Positions 49,250 through 63,825 of a stretch of 64,000 nt of DNA are shown here, in pieces (within the stretch, counting starts at the first letter, position 1; every line of letters starts with the position of its first letter). The notes beneath the pieces were generated by a model. It saw only the letters and a list, made by a program, of their open reading frames with translations, did no database searches and was not told the origin of the DNA. The translations under genes were made by a program, and so were the position numbers. Source of the DNA: Mobula birostris (lineage: Eukaryota); NCBI RefSeq assembly GCF_030028105.1, contig NC_092395.1:43862459-43926458 (forward strand). Reading direction: 5' to 3'.

Positions 49250-50810
49250 ATAGAACACAGAACATAGAACAAAGAATAGTACAGCACAGTACAGGCCCTT
49301 CAGCCCACAATGTTCTGCCGACCCTCAAACCCTGCCTCCCATATAACCCCCCACCTTAAATTCCTCCATATTCCTGACTAGTAGTCTCTTAAACTTCACT
49401 AGTGTATCTGCCTCCACCACTGACTCAGGCAGTGCATTCCACGCACCAACCACTCTCCGAGTAAAAAACCTTCCTCTAATATCCCCCTTGAACTTCCCAC
49501 CCATTACCTTAAAGCCATGTCCTCTTGTATTGCACAGTGGTGCCCTGGGGAAGAGGCGCTGGCTATCCACTCTATCTATTCCTCTTATTATCCTGTACAC
49601 CTCTATCATGTCTCCTTTCATCCCCCTTCTTTCCAAAGAGTAAGGCCCTAGCTCCCTTAATCTCTGATCATAATGCATACTCTCTAAACCAGGCAGCATC
49701 CTGGTAAATCTCCTCTGTACCCTTTCCAATGCTTCCACATCCTTCCTATAGTGAGGCGACTTGAACTGGACATAGTACTCCAAGCGTGGCCTAACCAGAG
49801 ATTTATAGAGCTGCATCATTACCTTGCAACTCTTAAACTCTATCCCTCGACTGATGAAAGCTAACACCCCATAAGCTTTCTTAACTAACCTATCTACCTT
49901 GAGGCAACTTTCAGGGATCTGTGGACATTTACCCCCATATCCCTCTGCTCCTCCACACTACCAAGTATCTTGCCATTTACTTTGCCTTGGAGTTTGTCCT
50001 TCCAAAGTGTACCACCTCAAACTTCTCCGGGTTGAACTCCATCTGTCACTTCTCAGCCCACTTATGCATCCTATCAATGTCTCTCTGCAATCTCTGACAA
50101 TCTTCTACACTATCTACAACACCATCAACCTTTGTGTCATCTGCAAACTTGCCAACCCACACATCTACCCCCACATTCAGGTCGTTCATAAAAATCACGA
50201 AAAGTAGAGGTCCCAGAACAGATCCTTGTGGGACACCGCTAGTCACAATCCTCCAATTTGAATGTACTCCCTCCACCATGACCCTCTGCCTTCTGCAGGC
50301 AAGCCAATTCTGAATCCACCTGGCCAAACGTCCTTGGATCCCATGCCTTCTGACTTTCTGAATAAGCTTACCATGTGGAACCTTGTCAAATGCCTTACTG
50401 AAAGCCATATAGATTACATTCACTACCCTCATCTATATGCCTGGTCACCTCCTCAAAGAACTCTATCAGGCTTGTTATACACGATCTGCCCTTCACAAAC
50501 CCATGCTGACTGTCGCTGATCAGACCATGATTCTCTAAATGCCCAGAGATCCTATCTCTAAGAATCTTTTCCAACAGCTTTCCCACCACAGACGTAAGGC
50601 TCACTGGTCTATAATTACCTGGACTATCCCTACTACGTTTTTCGCACAAGGGGACAACATTCACCTCCCTCCAGTCCTCTGGTACCATTCTCGTGGACAA
50701 TGAGGACATAAAGATCCCAGCCAGAGGCTCAGCAATCTCTTCCCTCGCCTCGTGGAGCAGCCTGGGAATACTCCGTCAGGCCCCGGGGACTTATCCGTCT
50801 TAGTGTATGT
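49250..50810 (-). mobile_element. CR1 LINE 3' fragment, same subfamily as 26214-28937
   Basis: ORF 49325-49867 closely matches ORF 28357-28857 (HYRKDVEALERVQRRFTRMLP, FKGDIRGRFF, WNALPESVVEADT). Confidence 0.92.
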
Positions 50811-51699
50811 TATATATCACTTGCCTGTTTTGTATTTCATCCCGCCTTCCAATTTCTTATTTTGGCCTCTGCTAACCTCCTTTCCAGTACCAATGAATGG
50901 CGTTGGCTCAAAACTTGGACCACTTATTCCTTCCCATACATATGGAATGACATGATGAGTTCCTCCAGAATTTTGTATTGTTCAAGAAAAATCCCTTTAT
51001 TGGCAGTTGTTCCCCAGAGAAAGATACTGAGACTTCCTCCTTGCAACAGAATCCTCTTTGAAAAACATCTTACTGTATATGGACACTTGATCCAAAATAT
51101 GAGAGAACACGTCAGTTATTGTTAAGGCAACACTGTACTGTGTGTATTTCCAGTGTTTTATCTATGAAACAAATTGCTACACTGGAGAGTGTTGTGGTGC
51201 TACATTAATTCTACACTAACATACAGATCGAATGTTGGACAATCTGACTCATTTTTTAGGAGCTGTAGAAATGTGGTTTTTCAGAAGAATGAAATTAAAT
51301 ATCATGGAAGGACAGAGTAGCCAATTGGTGTTGCAAAAAGCAGGATTAAGAAGAGAGCTGATATGATCAATCAGGAAATGGTAGCTGTAATTTCTGGGAC
51401 ATGTTCTGAGGAAAGAGAAGCTCAAACATCTTGCAGTGATGGGAAGGTATGATGGAAGCAAAAGTCAGAATTGACAGTGCATGTCATTCATTAGATACTT
51501 CAATGGCTGGAAATTCTCAGAAAGTTTTCAGAATCAGAACCAGGTTTAATATCAACAGCATATGTTATGAAATTTGTTAGCTTAGTGGCAGCAGTATAAT
51601 GCAATGCATGATAAATTTAGGAAAACATAATTAATAGATACATTACATTCAGCATACAGTATATGTGTATATTAATAGTGAAATTAAAAATAGTGCAAA

Positions 51700-52640
51700 A
51701 CTATGAAAACGATTGAGAAGAGGGCATGTACTTGGTGATGTGGATTTTTAACAATGAACGACACCTTTCAGAGGCATCGCTGATTGAAGATGTTTTGTAT
51801 ACTACGAAGGCCAGAGCCCACGATGGAGCTGACCAATTTCACAACTTTCGGTAGCTTCTTTCGATCTTGTACAGTAGAACCCTCCCAGCCCCATACCAGA
51901 GAGTGATGCAGCCTTTCAGAATGCTCTCCGCAGAACAACTGCAGAGGTTTTTGAGAATTTTAAGTTACGAACCAAATCTCCTCAAACTCCTAATAAAATA
52001 TAGCCACTCTCTTGCATTTCTTACAGCTGAATCAATATGTTAGGACCAGGTTAGGTACTCAGAGATCTTGATACCCAGGAACTTGAAATTGCTCACTCTC
52101 TCCACTTCTAATCTCTCTGTGAGGATTGGCTCATGTTCTCTCGTCTTACCCTTCTCAAAGTCCAGAATCAGCTCTATGGTCTTACAAACGTTGAGTGCAA
52201 GGTGGTTGCTGCGATATCACTCATCTAGCTGGTATATCTCGTTCTTGTACACCCTCTTTGAGATTCTGCCAACAATGGTTGTATTATCAAAAAATATACA
52301 GTTGGGATTTGAGGTATGCCTCTCCACACAGCCATGAGTCTAGAGAGAGCAGAGTAGTAGGCTAAGCATATATCCCTGAGGTGTGCCAGAGCTGATTGTC
52401 AAAAAGGAGGAGATAATATTACCAATCTGCACAGCTTGTGACTTTCCAGTTAGAAAGTCAAGGATCAGCATCCTGACATAGGTGTTTGTATTGTCTCGGT
52501 GATCTGAGGCTGCATGCACAGTCATTGAGTTTGCATCAGCCACAGGCTTAATTGCGGGAATAGCCAAATTGCAATGGGTCCAGGTCCTTGCTGAAGCAGG
52601 AGTTGTTTCTGGCCATGACCAACCACTCAAAGCATTTCGT
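51700..52640 (-). mobile_element. Rex1/Babar-like LINE fragment
   Basis: NTYVRMLILDFLTG...GTPQGYMLS motif and downstream remnants. Confidence 0.75.
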
Positions 52641-52689
52641 TAGGTAGATCTGAGTGCTTCTGGCAGAGATAAAAACAGATAGCAAACAT

Positions 52690-54610
52690 TTTTTTAAAAA
52701 TATATAAAGCGGAAGAGGGTGGCTAAAGCCAACGTAGGTCCCTTGGAAGATGATAAGGGGAAATTGATATTGGGTGATAATGAAATGGCTGAGGCATTGA
52801 ATGACTATTTTGTGTCAGTCTTCATGGTGGAGGACACGTCTAATATGCCAAAGAATGATGTTATGGACGAAATGGGAGGTGAGGACCTTGATAAAATCAC
52901 TGTCACTAAAGAGATAGTGATGAGCAAAATAGAGGGCCTGAAGGTAGTTAAGTCCCCTGGTCCTGATGGGATGCATCCCAGAGAGCTGAATGAATTGGCG
53001 GAGGTTATAGTAGATACGTTGGTAATCATTTATCAAAACTCTCTGGACTCTAGGCAGTTCCTCGCTGATTGGAAGGCAGCAAATGCCATGCCACTTTTTA
53101 ACAAAGGATGTAGGCAAAAGACGGGCAACTATAGTCCAGTTAGCTTAACATCTGTAGTCAGTAAAATGCTTGAAGCTGTCATTAAGTAAGAAATAGCGAA
53201 ACATTTAGAAATGAGTAGTTGCTTTAGACAGATGCAGCATGGATTCAGAAAGGACAGGTCCTGTTTGACAAACTTGCAGGAGTTCTTTGAGGACATAATG
53301 AGTGCAGTGGATAGAGGGAAACAGGTGGATGTCATATACTTGGATTTCCAGAAGGTGTTCGACAAGGTGCCGCACAAGAATCTTATAAATAGGAAATGGA
53401 TGCATGGTGTTGGAGGAAGTGTATTGGCATGGATAGTGGGTTGGTTAACCAATGAAAGGCAGAGAGTTGGTATAAATGGATGTTTAAACAACACACACAA
53501 AATACTGGTGGAACGCAGCAGGCCAGTATGCATCTATAGGAAGAAGTACAGTCAACGTTTGGATATCTCTCCGGTTTGAAGTCTGTGGTGAGTGGGGTGC
53601 CGCAGGGGTCGGTGCTCGGCCACAGCTGTTTACCGTTTACATTGATGATTTGGAAGAGGGGACAGAATGTAGCATAGCAAAATTTGCTGATGACACTATA
53701 CTTAGTGGAAAAGCAAAGAGGATGCAGAGAGTCTGCAGGGGGATATAGATAGGTTAAGTGAGTGGGCCAAGGTCTGGCAGATGGGATAAATCATTGGTAA
53801 ATGCGAGTTCATCCACCTTGGAAGGAATAATAGAAGCGCAGATTATTATTTAGATGGTGAAAGATTGCAGCATGCTGTTGTGCAGAGGGACTTGGGAGTG
53901 CTTGTGCATGAATTGCAAAAAGTTAGCTTGCATGTACAACAGGTTATTAAGAAGGCAAACAGAATGTTGGCCTTCATTGCTAGAGGGATTGAATTCAAGA
54001 GCAGGGAGGTCATGATGCAACTATACAGGGTACTGGTGAGGCTGCACATGGAGTATTGTTTACAGTTCTGCTCTCCATACTTGAGGAAGGAATATACTGG
54101 CATTGGAGGCAATGCAGAGGAGGTTCATCAGGTTGATTCCAGGGATAAAGGGGTTAACCTATGAGGAGAGATCGAGTCGCCCAGGACTACACTCTCTGGA
54201 GTTCAGGAGAATGAGAGGGGATCTTAAAGAAACATACAACATTTTGAAAGAGATAGATAAGATAGAATTAGAAAAGTTACTTCCATTGGTAGGTGAGACT
54301 AGAGATAGGGGATATTGCCTCAAGATTCAGAGGAGAAGATTTAAACCGGAGATGAGGAGAAACTGTTTTTCCCAGAGAGTAGTGAATCTGTGGAGTTCTC
54401 TGCCCAGGGAAGCAGCTGAGGCTTCTTCACGAAATATATTTAAGAATCAGTTAGATAGGTTTTTACATAGTAGGGGAACTAAGGGTTACGGGGAAAAGGC
54501 AGTTAGATGGAGCTGAGTTTGCACACAGATCAGCCATGAACTTATTGAATGGCGGTGCTGGCTCGATGGGCCGGATGGCCTACTCATGCACCTATTTCTT
54601 ATGTCCTTAT
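52690..54610 (+). mobile_element. CR1 LINE ORF2 fragment with 3' tail
   Basis: KSPGPDGMHPR, QHGFRKDRSCLTNL, DFQKVFDK and FSQRVVNLW; tail cttatgtccttatg. Confidence 0.92.
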
Positions 54611-57600
54611 GTAGATCATAAGAAGTTCTCAGATTAAAAGCAGATGGAAGACCATGATGGTCTACGTCATACGATTCAGCACATAATGATGATGATGACA
54701 CCAGAGCGAGCTGGACATTGCAACTACTACTGATGTACTAATGCCATCTCACTATCGTATACCAACTTGCTATCAACAAACAATAGAAAATTGAGATGCT
54801 TATTTTCTGTTCATTGTCATAATTTATTATGAGATTGTTAGATACTTCATATAAAATGTGGACACTGAAGGGCAATTGAATTCCTTTCAATGCAGAAAGG
54901 TGATTGTTTGAGGAAAGGATGCAGTGAGCTGGTCCTGCACCAATCAGTTTACAGTAATATAAATGAGCTTGGACTAAGTTATGAATGGAAGGGGAGAGTT
55001 ATCTAATGCAAAAGAATTGTCCATTATAAGCCATGTTAACATGGAGGAAAGAAACCATTTATATAACCTAATTTTAAATATAAAAATTGCCTCATCATTT
55101 AAAAAGGTAGCTTTGGCACAGTTCAGATCTGCAGCCACCTGGGTGAGAAGATTAACAAACACCTGCTGTCCCAGAAGGAAATGAGTTGTTATTTTAAAGA
55201 GAGGGACGGCCCAGAGCTGAGTCAAGATGATTACACCTACTTTTTATATACACTACCCAAATATCATAGTTTCAGTACTAGCTGATTTTACTTTAAATGT
55301 CTGTCAGATGCTTGACTGTTTAAAGGGACATTATCTCATGGGTTCTTTTGTTGTGGTAGCCAGAACACAAATTGTCTCACAAATTGTGCCCTGCTTAGTT
55401 TTCTGAGTCACCTAACCTTACAGAATTTTCATTTTATACTCAGAGAAGGAAACGTTAAATAACTCTGATGGTTTAACTGGGTGACAGCAAAATCAATCTG
55501 AATATTGTCCACTTTAGTTGTGACAACTTTCAAGAGTTTTAACATCATCCTTGACACAACAGCCCTCTTGATTACTACCATCTGGAATAATTCCTCTAAA
55601 TATTTACTCCCTCCACAACCACCTCACTACAGCTGTACTGTGGAATTTCTTCAAAATGCAGTTTAGTTATTTACTCATCTCCTCTGACTTCCCCTAGCAA
55701 ACAACTACCTCGACCACTAAAGCAGGAATTACAAACCTGGGGTCCATGGACCTCTCGGTTAATGGTAGGGGTTCTTGAAATATTTTAAAAAGAAGTTGGG
55801 ACAAGGGTAGAAGATTTAGAGGAACACCAGCACCTGCAGGGGCCCCTCCAACTGGCAAACCAGCTAGACCTGAAAATGTATCGCTGATCCTTCACTTAAT
55901 TTCAGGAACATCCTCCCTGATATCACTGTGGGAGCACCTTCCCCAGAAGGACAGCAGCAGTACAAAACCACACTTCATCGCTATCTCAAGGGATGAGTAA
56001 ATGACACTGGGCCTACCAGCGATGCCTAGATGCCAGAAATTAATTTTAAAGTAACAGCAAACCTATTGAGATTTGTTTTGAACATTTACTGAATCACATT
56101 TTAATTTGTTTATTAAGTTTATCTCATAAAAGTTATATATTGGCAGACTGACTTGTACATATTATACATATTTTTACATAGAACATAGAGAATAGAACAT
56201 GACAGCACAATACAGACATAAAAGCAAAAGAGAGGGCAAACGCGATTGCAAAAGTTAGTGGGAAATTAAAAAGATATGGAAGCTTTAAAAAATCAACAGC
56301 AGGCAATTAAAAAAACATAAAAAGTTCAAAGTACATTTATGATCAAAGTATGTAAACATTATACAAACTTAAGATGTGTCTCCATCAAGGCAGCCACAAA
56401 GCAAGAAACCCAAAAGGACGCAGTGAAAAAATTGAACAAATACTATTTTCGGAGAGAGAAAAATAACAAAGAAATTGTGCAAACAATTAAAGCAAGCAAA
56501 CAGCATTCAGAACAAAAATGAGTCCACAGACACAAAGCCCACAGCCTCAGGCCCAGTTCATTGCAGACCAGAGCAAAACATTGTAGGACCAGCAGACATG
56601 AAAGCTGGAGCAGCTTTCGCAGGCCCACAGCCTCATCCTTGGAGCAGCAAAGAGTGGAACGGCAATCAGAACAGACCAGACCCATATCTCCAGTTTGTCG
56701 ATTAGATCATCCAAACATCGGGGCATTCCTCACTCTAGGACCCAAGCCCTGTCACATCAAATCTCTCTGGGCCTGGACAATCAGCTCTATCGTCTTACAA
56801 ACATTGAGTGCAAGGTGGTTGCTGTGACATTACTCATCTAGCTGGTATATCTCGTTCTTGTACACCCTCTCGTCTCCGTCTGAGATTCTGCCAGCAATGG
56901 TTGTATTATCAGCAAATGCACAGATAGCAGTTGAGCTATGTCTATCCACACAGTCTGTCTGTCTAGAGAGAGCAGAGCAGTAGGCTAAGTATATATCCCT
57001 GAGGTGTGCCAGAGCTGATTGTCTCTGAGGAGAAGATGTAATTAAAAAACTGCACAGGTTGTGGTTTTCAAGTTAGAAAGTCAAGGATCCACTTCCCGAG
57101 AGAGGTATGTAGTCCCAGGTTCTGTAGCTTTTCGATGAGGACAGTCAGAATTATAGTACTTAACACTGGGCGATAGTCAATGAAAAGCATCCTGACATCG
57201 GTGCTTGTCTCGTCTGGGCAATCTGAGGAGCAAAACATTTTGGAGCCCGCACAGATGAAGGCTGGAGCTGCTGTAGCAGGCCCACAGCCTCAGCCTTGGA
57301 GCGGCCATCAGAACAGGCCCGACCCAAACCTCCAGTTTGATGATTCAATGATCTTAACATCGGGGCATTGCTCACTCTAGAACCCAAGCTCTATCTGGGC
57401 CTGGGCTCCGCTGCCACATTCCAGCCCATAACCAACCTTTCCATCGATTAAACCTTACTCTCGATTTAGTTGGACAGGCTCGGAAACTCCTCTACATGGA
57501 CTTTTCCCCACTCTGCTCACCCCAGCTCCCTCTCTGTCTCTGGCTACTTCTCTTGAACATGCCTTGACTCTTGAGTTGTCTTCAGCTCCACTTGCCTGCT

Positions 57601-57849
57601 TACTGTTGGCGGAGATTGCTTACCACAATTTCTTTTACAGACGAAGTGTTGTTAATAAATTATTTAGCTGTAATTCTTTCCTTGAGAACCATCAGTCAGT
57701 TGTCGCCCAACTTCAGATGCGCCATCTTAAAATGGATGTTTTATAATCGGAGCAAAAAGATCAGATATGAATGTAAGCTAGCCAATAATAGAAAAGTGGT
57801 ACAAAAGGTGTTTCAGATATGTAAACAGTTAAAAAGAGGCAAAAGTGCA

Positions 57850-60800
57850 TAGCAAGAAGACTATAAAACATAGAAGCATCGTCATGGCTGATCCATTTCC
57901 CTCTCAAGCTGATTCTCCTGCCTTCTCCCCATAACATTCCTGCTCCAACTAATCAATAACATATCAACATTTGCCTAAGGTACATCTGAATATTAGGCTT
58001 CCATAGCCACCTGTGAACAAATTCCAAAGATTCAAAACCCTCTCCTAAAATAAATTCCACCTCATCTCCATTCTAAATAGGCATGTCGCTATTCTGAGGC
58101 AGAGCTCCCTGGTTCTAGACTCCATCACCATAGGGAAGATAATCTATACATCCACTGTTTCGAGGCCCTTCAACATTCAATAGGTTTCAATGATTTGCCC
58201 TCCTCACTACAGCAAAAAAAAAAGACTCAGAGCCATCAATCACCCCACTTCCGATAAGCCTTTCATTCCTGGAACCTTTCTCATGAATCTCCTGTAAATC
58301 CTCTCCAATGTCAGCACATGCTTTCTTTAATAAGGAGGCACAAAGCTGCTGGCAATACTCCAAGTGAAATCTCACCAATGCCTCATAAAACCTCAGTACC
58401 AGATCCTTGCTTTTATCTTTTAGTCCTCTTGAAATCAATTCTAATATTGTGTTTATCTTCCTCATTACTGTCTCAACCTGCAAATTAACCATTATGGAAT
58501 CCTGCATGATGACTCCCAAGTCACTTTGCACCTTGGATTTCTGAATTTTCTTCATTTAGAAAATAATCTGTGCTTTTATTCTTTCTACCAAAGTGCATGA
58601 CCATACAATTTGTGAGACTATACTCCATCTGCCATTTCTGGGTCCTTTTTCCTAATCTGTCTAAGTCCTTCTGGAGCCCTCCCTGCTTCCTCAATGCTAC
58701 CTGCTCCTCTATGCATTTTTGTGTTGTCCACCAACTTAGGCATAAACCCATCAATTCCATCAACCAAACCATCGACATACAATGTTAAAAGGAACAGTCC
58801 CAACAGTGACCCATGCAGGAGAACATGAGTCATTGGCAGCCAGTCAGAAGAGGTGCCGTTTATTCACACTTTTTGCCTCTTGCCAATCAGTCAGTGCTCC
58901 ATCAATGCCAATATCTTTTCTGAATAGCAAGGGCTCTTATCTTGTTAATCAGCCTCATGTCTGAACCATGGGCCTTCTGTAAATCCAAGTACACAGCAAC
59001 AACCAATTCTTCTCTGTCCATCCTGCTTTTTATTTCCTCATAGAATTCCAGATTTGTGAGGCAAAATTTTCCCTTAAGGAAACCATGCTGACTTTGACCT
59101 ATTTCTTCATGCCCTCTAAGTACCTGAATCTACATCCTTAACAATCAACTCATCTTTCCAGCCACTGAGGTAGGGCCAACTGGTCTGTAATTTCCTTTCT
59201 TTTGCCTCCCTCTCTCCCCTCTTGATGAGTGGAGTAACAATTTTTCAGACCTACAAAAGCATGTAGAATTTTTTCTTTCATGTAAAATCTTTAATAATGC
59301 CTCCACAATATCGTCAGCTATGTCTTGCAGAACCGTGATGTGTAGTCCAACTGGTGCAACGACTTTTTTACCTTCTGATCTTTCAGTTTGCCAAGCACCT
59401 TCTCTCTATTCATCACTTCTGCCCCGAGGCTCTCAAATTTCTGATATACTCCTTATGCATTCCACAGTGAAAACTGATGCAATATACTTATTCTATTCAC
59501 CCACCATTTCCTTGCTTCCCCCATTGCTACCACTCCAGCATCACTTTCCAGCAGTCAAATATCTGCTCTTTTCTCTCTTTTACACTTTACATATCTGAAA
59601 ATAAAACGTTTGCTATCCTCTTTAATACTGCTGCAGAGCTTACCTTCAGATTTAATCTTTTGTATTTTGAGTTACCTTCGGTTGATTTTTTAAAAGTTTA
59701 CTAAACCTCTACTTTCCCCACTAACTTTTACTATATGATAGGCCTTCACTTTAGCTATTATGTTGGCTTTGTCTTCACTTGTCAGCCATGGTTGTGTCAT
59801 CGTGCCATCAAAATAACTTTATACCTTTGCGATGTGTTTATCCTGTGCCTTCCTATTAGCTCCCATAATCTCTAGTCATTGACACTCTGTCATTATCCCT
59901 GCAAGGGACCCCTTCCAATTAACTTGGGTCATCTCCTCTTTCAGGTGTTTACTGCACTGTAATACTGATTCATCTGACTTTAGCTACTGCCTGTCAAATT
60001 GCAGTGTGAATTCAATCGTGTTATGATCACTGCTCCTACAGGTCTGTAATCAAATCTGGTTCATTATACACTACCCAATGTGGAATAGCTGATCCTTTGG
60101 TGCACTCAACAAAAAGCTGTTCCAAATAGCTGTTTTGTAGGCATGCTACACAATCTCTCTTTTCAGATTGAGTACCAACCTGATGTCCCAATTTACCTGC
60201 TTATTGAAATCCTCTTTGACTATCGCACATTGGCTTTAGACATGCCTTTCCTATCTCATGTTGTAGTTGTAGCCCACATCCTGCTGCTGTTTGGAGGCCT
60301 GTATATAAGTCCCATCATGGTCATTTTACTCTTGCAATTTCTTAACTCTTCCCACAAGTATTTTCCATCCTCTGATCCTATGTCATTTCTTTCTAAAGAT
60401 TTAATTTTATTTTTTGCCAAAAGATACATGCCTCTCCCTTGGCCAACCTGGCTGTCCTTTCTGTACAATGCCTACCCTTGGATCTGAAGCCACCAAGTAT
60501 AATCTTCCTTCAGGCATGACTCAGTGATGCCCACAATGTCATATCTGCCATCCTCTAACAACGACACAACAGGATCATCTAACTTATTCCGTATATTGCC
60601 TTCATTCAAAATAACACATTCAGTCCTGTATCCATCACCCTTTTTGATTTTGTCCTTCTTTTATACTACAACTGATCCCACTCACTGCAATCTTGCCGTA
60701 TCATCTGTCTCTCCTTCCTGACAGTCTCACTGCACACTGCTTTTACTTGTAAAACAACAGTCAATATCACTCTGGTTCCACACCCCTGCCAAATTACCTT

Positions 60801-61100
60801 AAACATATCCCAAGAGCTCTACCAAACCTGTCAGGGAGGATATTGGTCCAGCTCAGGTTCAGTTGTAAACCATCTCTTTTGTAAAGGTGATGCATTCCCC
60901 AGAAGAGATCCCAATGGTCTAGAAACCTGAAACCCTCTCCCACACTAGTTTCTCAGCCATGCATTCATCTGCCAAATAATCCTTTTCTTACCCTCATGGG
61001 TGAGTGGCACAGGCAGCAATCTAGACATTTCTACCCTGGATGTCCTACATTTCAGCTTTCTGCTAGTTCTCTGAATTCTCTCTTCAGGATTTTCTCACTC
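57850..61100 (-). mobile_element. Long decayed CR1 LINE
   Basis: GLIYRPPN, GSLLGLFL and LVRFHLEYC motifs; tail near 57860. Confidence 0.85.
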
Positions 61101-61299
61101 TTCCTACCTATGTCATTAGTGCCAATGTGTACCAAGGCATATAGCTGCTCTCCTTCCCTCTTTAGAATGTTATAGACCAAACCTGAGTTATACCTGACCT
61201 TGGTAGCCAGGAGCAAGGTACCGTCTGGGTGTCTCTATCGCATACGCAATATCTTGTGTCTAATCGTCTAACTAAGGAGACCACTATCACTGCTGTAGT

Positions 61300-63300
61300 C
61301 CTCCTCTCCCCACTTTGGTGTTGTGACAGCTTCCTTTCACATTATATATCAATAATTTGGATGTGCAATTGACGGCTATATGGTCGAGTTTGTGGATGAT
61401 AAGAAGATGAGTCGAAGGGCAGGTCATGTTAAGGAAGAAGGGAGTCTGCAGAAGAACATAGAAAAAATTAAGAAAATAGGCAAATAAGTGACAGGTGGAA
61501 TATAGTGTAGGGAATTGTATGGTCATGCACTTTGGTAGAAGGAGCTAAGGTGTAGAATATTTTGTAAATGGGGAGACTATTCAAAAATCAGAGGTGAAAA
61601 GAGACTTGGGAGTCTTCGTGCAGGTTCTGTAAAGTTTAACTTGCAGGTTGAGTCAGTGGTATGTAAGTTAAATGTAATGTTGGCATTCATTTACAAGGCA
61701 TTGGTTAGATTGCATTTGCAGTATTGTGAGCAATTTTGGGCCCCTTATCTAAGAAAAGATGTGCTGTCATTGGAGAGGGTCCAGAGGGGCTTCACAGTTA
61801 TAGGAGCCATGTATCTATTTATTGTCTGTCTGTGTTGTATTTGTGTTGTGCATCCTCATTCTGCGTTAAGGTAATTTGTCACTTGGGTTTGGGTAACAGT
61901 AGAAATAAATGAACAGATGCACCTGTTCATCTGCATGGCAGCAGAGTGAGGGGGTGAGCTGGGAATGCATAATTTTTTGTTGACCACTGGCCTTTTTTTA
62001 TTTGTTCCTATTGCACTCATCTTGCTTGTTTTTGTTTTAATTTCATAGAACTACACTTGGCTTGTTTGACTTTGTTTTACATAAATTAAGAAAGAGTTTG
62101 GTTTGATTTGTTATAAAGGATTAAAACTACTTTGTTGAGTTGGAATTCAATTATTTGGAAGCATGTCATAGGGTACTATACTCCCTCATGTAGCATCTCA
62201 GAAGCTTACAGTTTGTTTTCAAGTTGTTGTGACAATAAGAATGATTCCAGGAATGAAAGGGTTAACAGTTAAGGAGTGCTTGATGGCTCTAACCCTGTAC
62301 TTGATAGAGCTTTGAACAAGTAGTGGTGACCTCTTTGAATTCTATGGAATATGCAAAGGACTAAAAAGAGTATTTGCACTGTAGAGGGTGTTTTCTGAAC
62401 TGGAGGAGCCAATCACCAGATGGCACAGACTCAGAATAGAGTGACATCCATTGAGAACAGAGCTGAATTGGAATTTGCTTAGCCAGAGATTGATGAATCT
62501 GTGGAATCATTGGAACAGAGTGCCGTGGAAGACTACTCATTGGGTATATTTAAAGAAGAGGTGGATAGATTCTTGATTGGTTGGAGCATGAACAGTTACA
62601 GGGACAAGTCAGGGTTAATTCTGCTCCAATGTCTTCAGGTCATGATCTTATTTTGGCCCACAATGTTCTGCAAACCTTGTAACTTCACCTTCCAAAGGGA
62701 GTCACCTCATGTCTTCTGGGTTGAACTCCATCTGTCACCTCTCAGCCCAGTTCTGCATCCTGTCAATGTCCTATTGCCAACTATGACAAAACTCCAAACT
62801 CTCCACAACTTCACTCACCTTTTCGTCATCTGCAATCTTACTAGCCCACCCTTTCACTTCTTGATCCAAGCCATTATAACAATCACAAGGGACAAGGATC
62901 CCTGAACAGAACCCTGTGGACCCCCACGGTCACCTACATTCAGGCAAAAAACTCTCCATCTAAAACCAACTTCTGCATACCATGGGCAAGTCAATTCTAT
63001 ATACACATGGCTAGGTTTCCTTGGATCATACACCTCCTGATGTTCTGAATGAGCCGACCATGGAGACCCTTAACAAACGCTTTACTTAACTCCATATATA
63101 TTTTTACTGAAGTCCATCTATACCACATCCATTGATCCATCTTCAACAATATGCTTTGTCACATACTGAAATAATTAATCCAAGCTCACGAGACTTAACT
63201 TGAGCCTCACAAAGCCATGCAGACTATCCACAATCAGACTATGCTTTTCCAAATGCTGTCTTTAATGCTCATAAATCCTGTCTCCAAGTATCTGAACAAC
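61300..63300. mobile_element. Mixed CR1 fragments in both orientations
   Basis: [20 protein letters not shown] on plus strand; inverted RT remnant at about 62640-63300. Confidence 0.7.
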
Positions 63301-63749
63301 TTGCAGAGTTCCCCACATTATACAGCAAAATGCAGAAATGCAGAGACAAAAACTGCTTGCACCCAAATCAAAATAAATAACTTCAATATTCAGAATTTAG
63401 TTTTAGAATACTCATTGACAACTGCAGTTTTTAATTCATTCAGTTTAAATCTTTCCTTTGAAATACAAACTCTGAATGGTTACACAAGCATTGAAGAACA
63501 TCTTCTAGTCAATATTACATGTTGCATTTAAATCCAGTCATTTATAACCATTTATCCTTTATCCTTTTTGTTGTGATCAAATTATTTTTTTAAAGAACTG
63601 GATGACGCATTCTAGGTCCAATCAGAAACAAGAGAAAATCTGCCGATGCTGGAAATCGAAGAAACACACACAAAATGCTGGAGGAACTCAGCTGACCAGG
63701 CGGCATCCATCTCTTATTCCGTCCTGTACACCACTCTTTATCTCTATTT

Positions 63750-63825
63750 TTTCTCTCTCTCCGTCTCTCTCTCTCTCTGTCTCTCTCTCTCTGTCTTTGT
63801 CTCTATGTCTCTGTCTCTCTCCCTC
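63750..63825 (+). repeat. Imperfect (CT)n microsatellite
   Basis: Direct reading. Confidence 0.9.
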
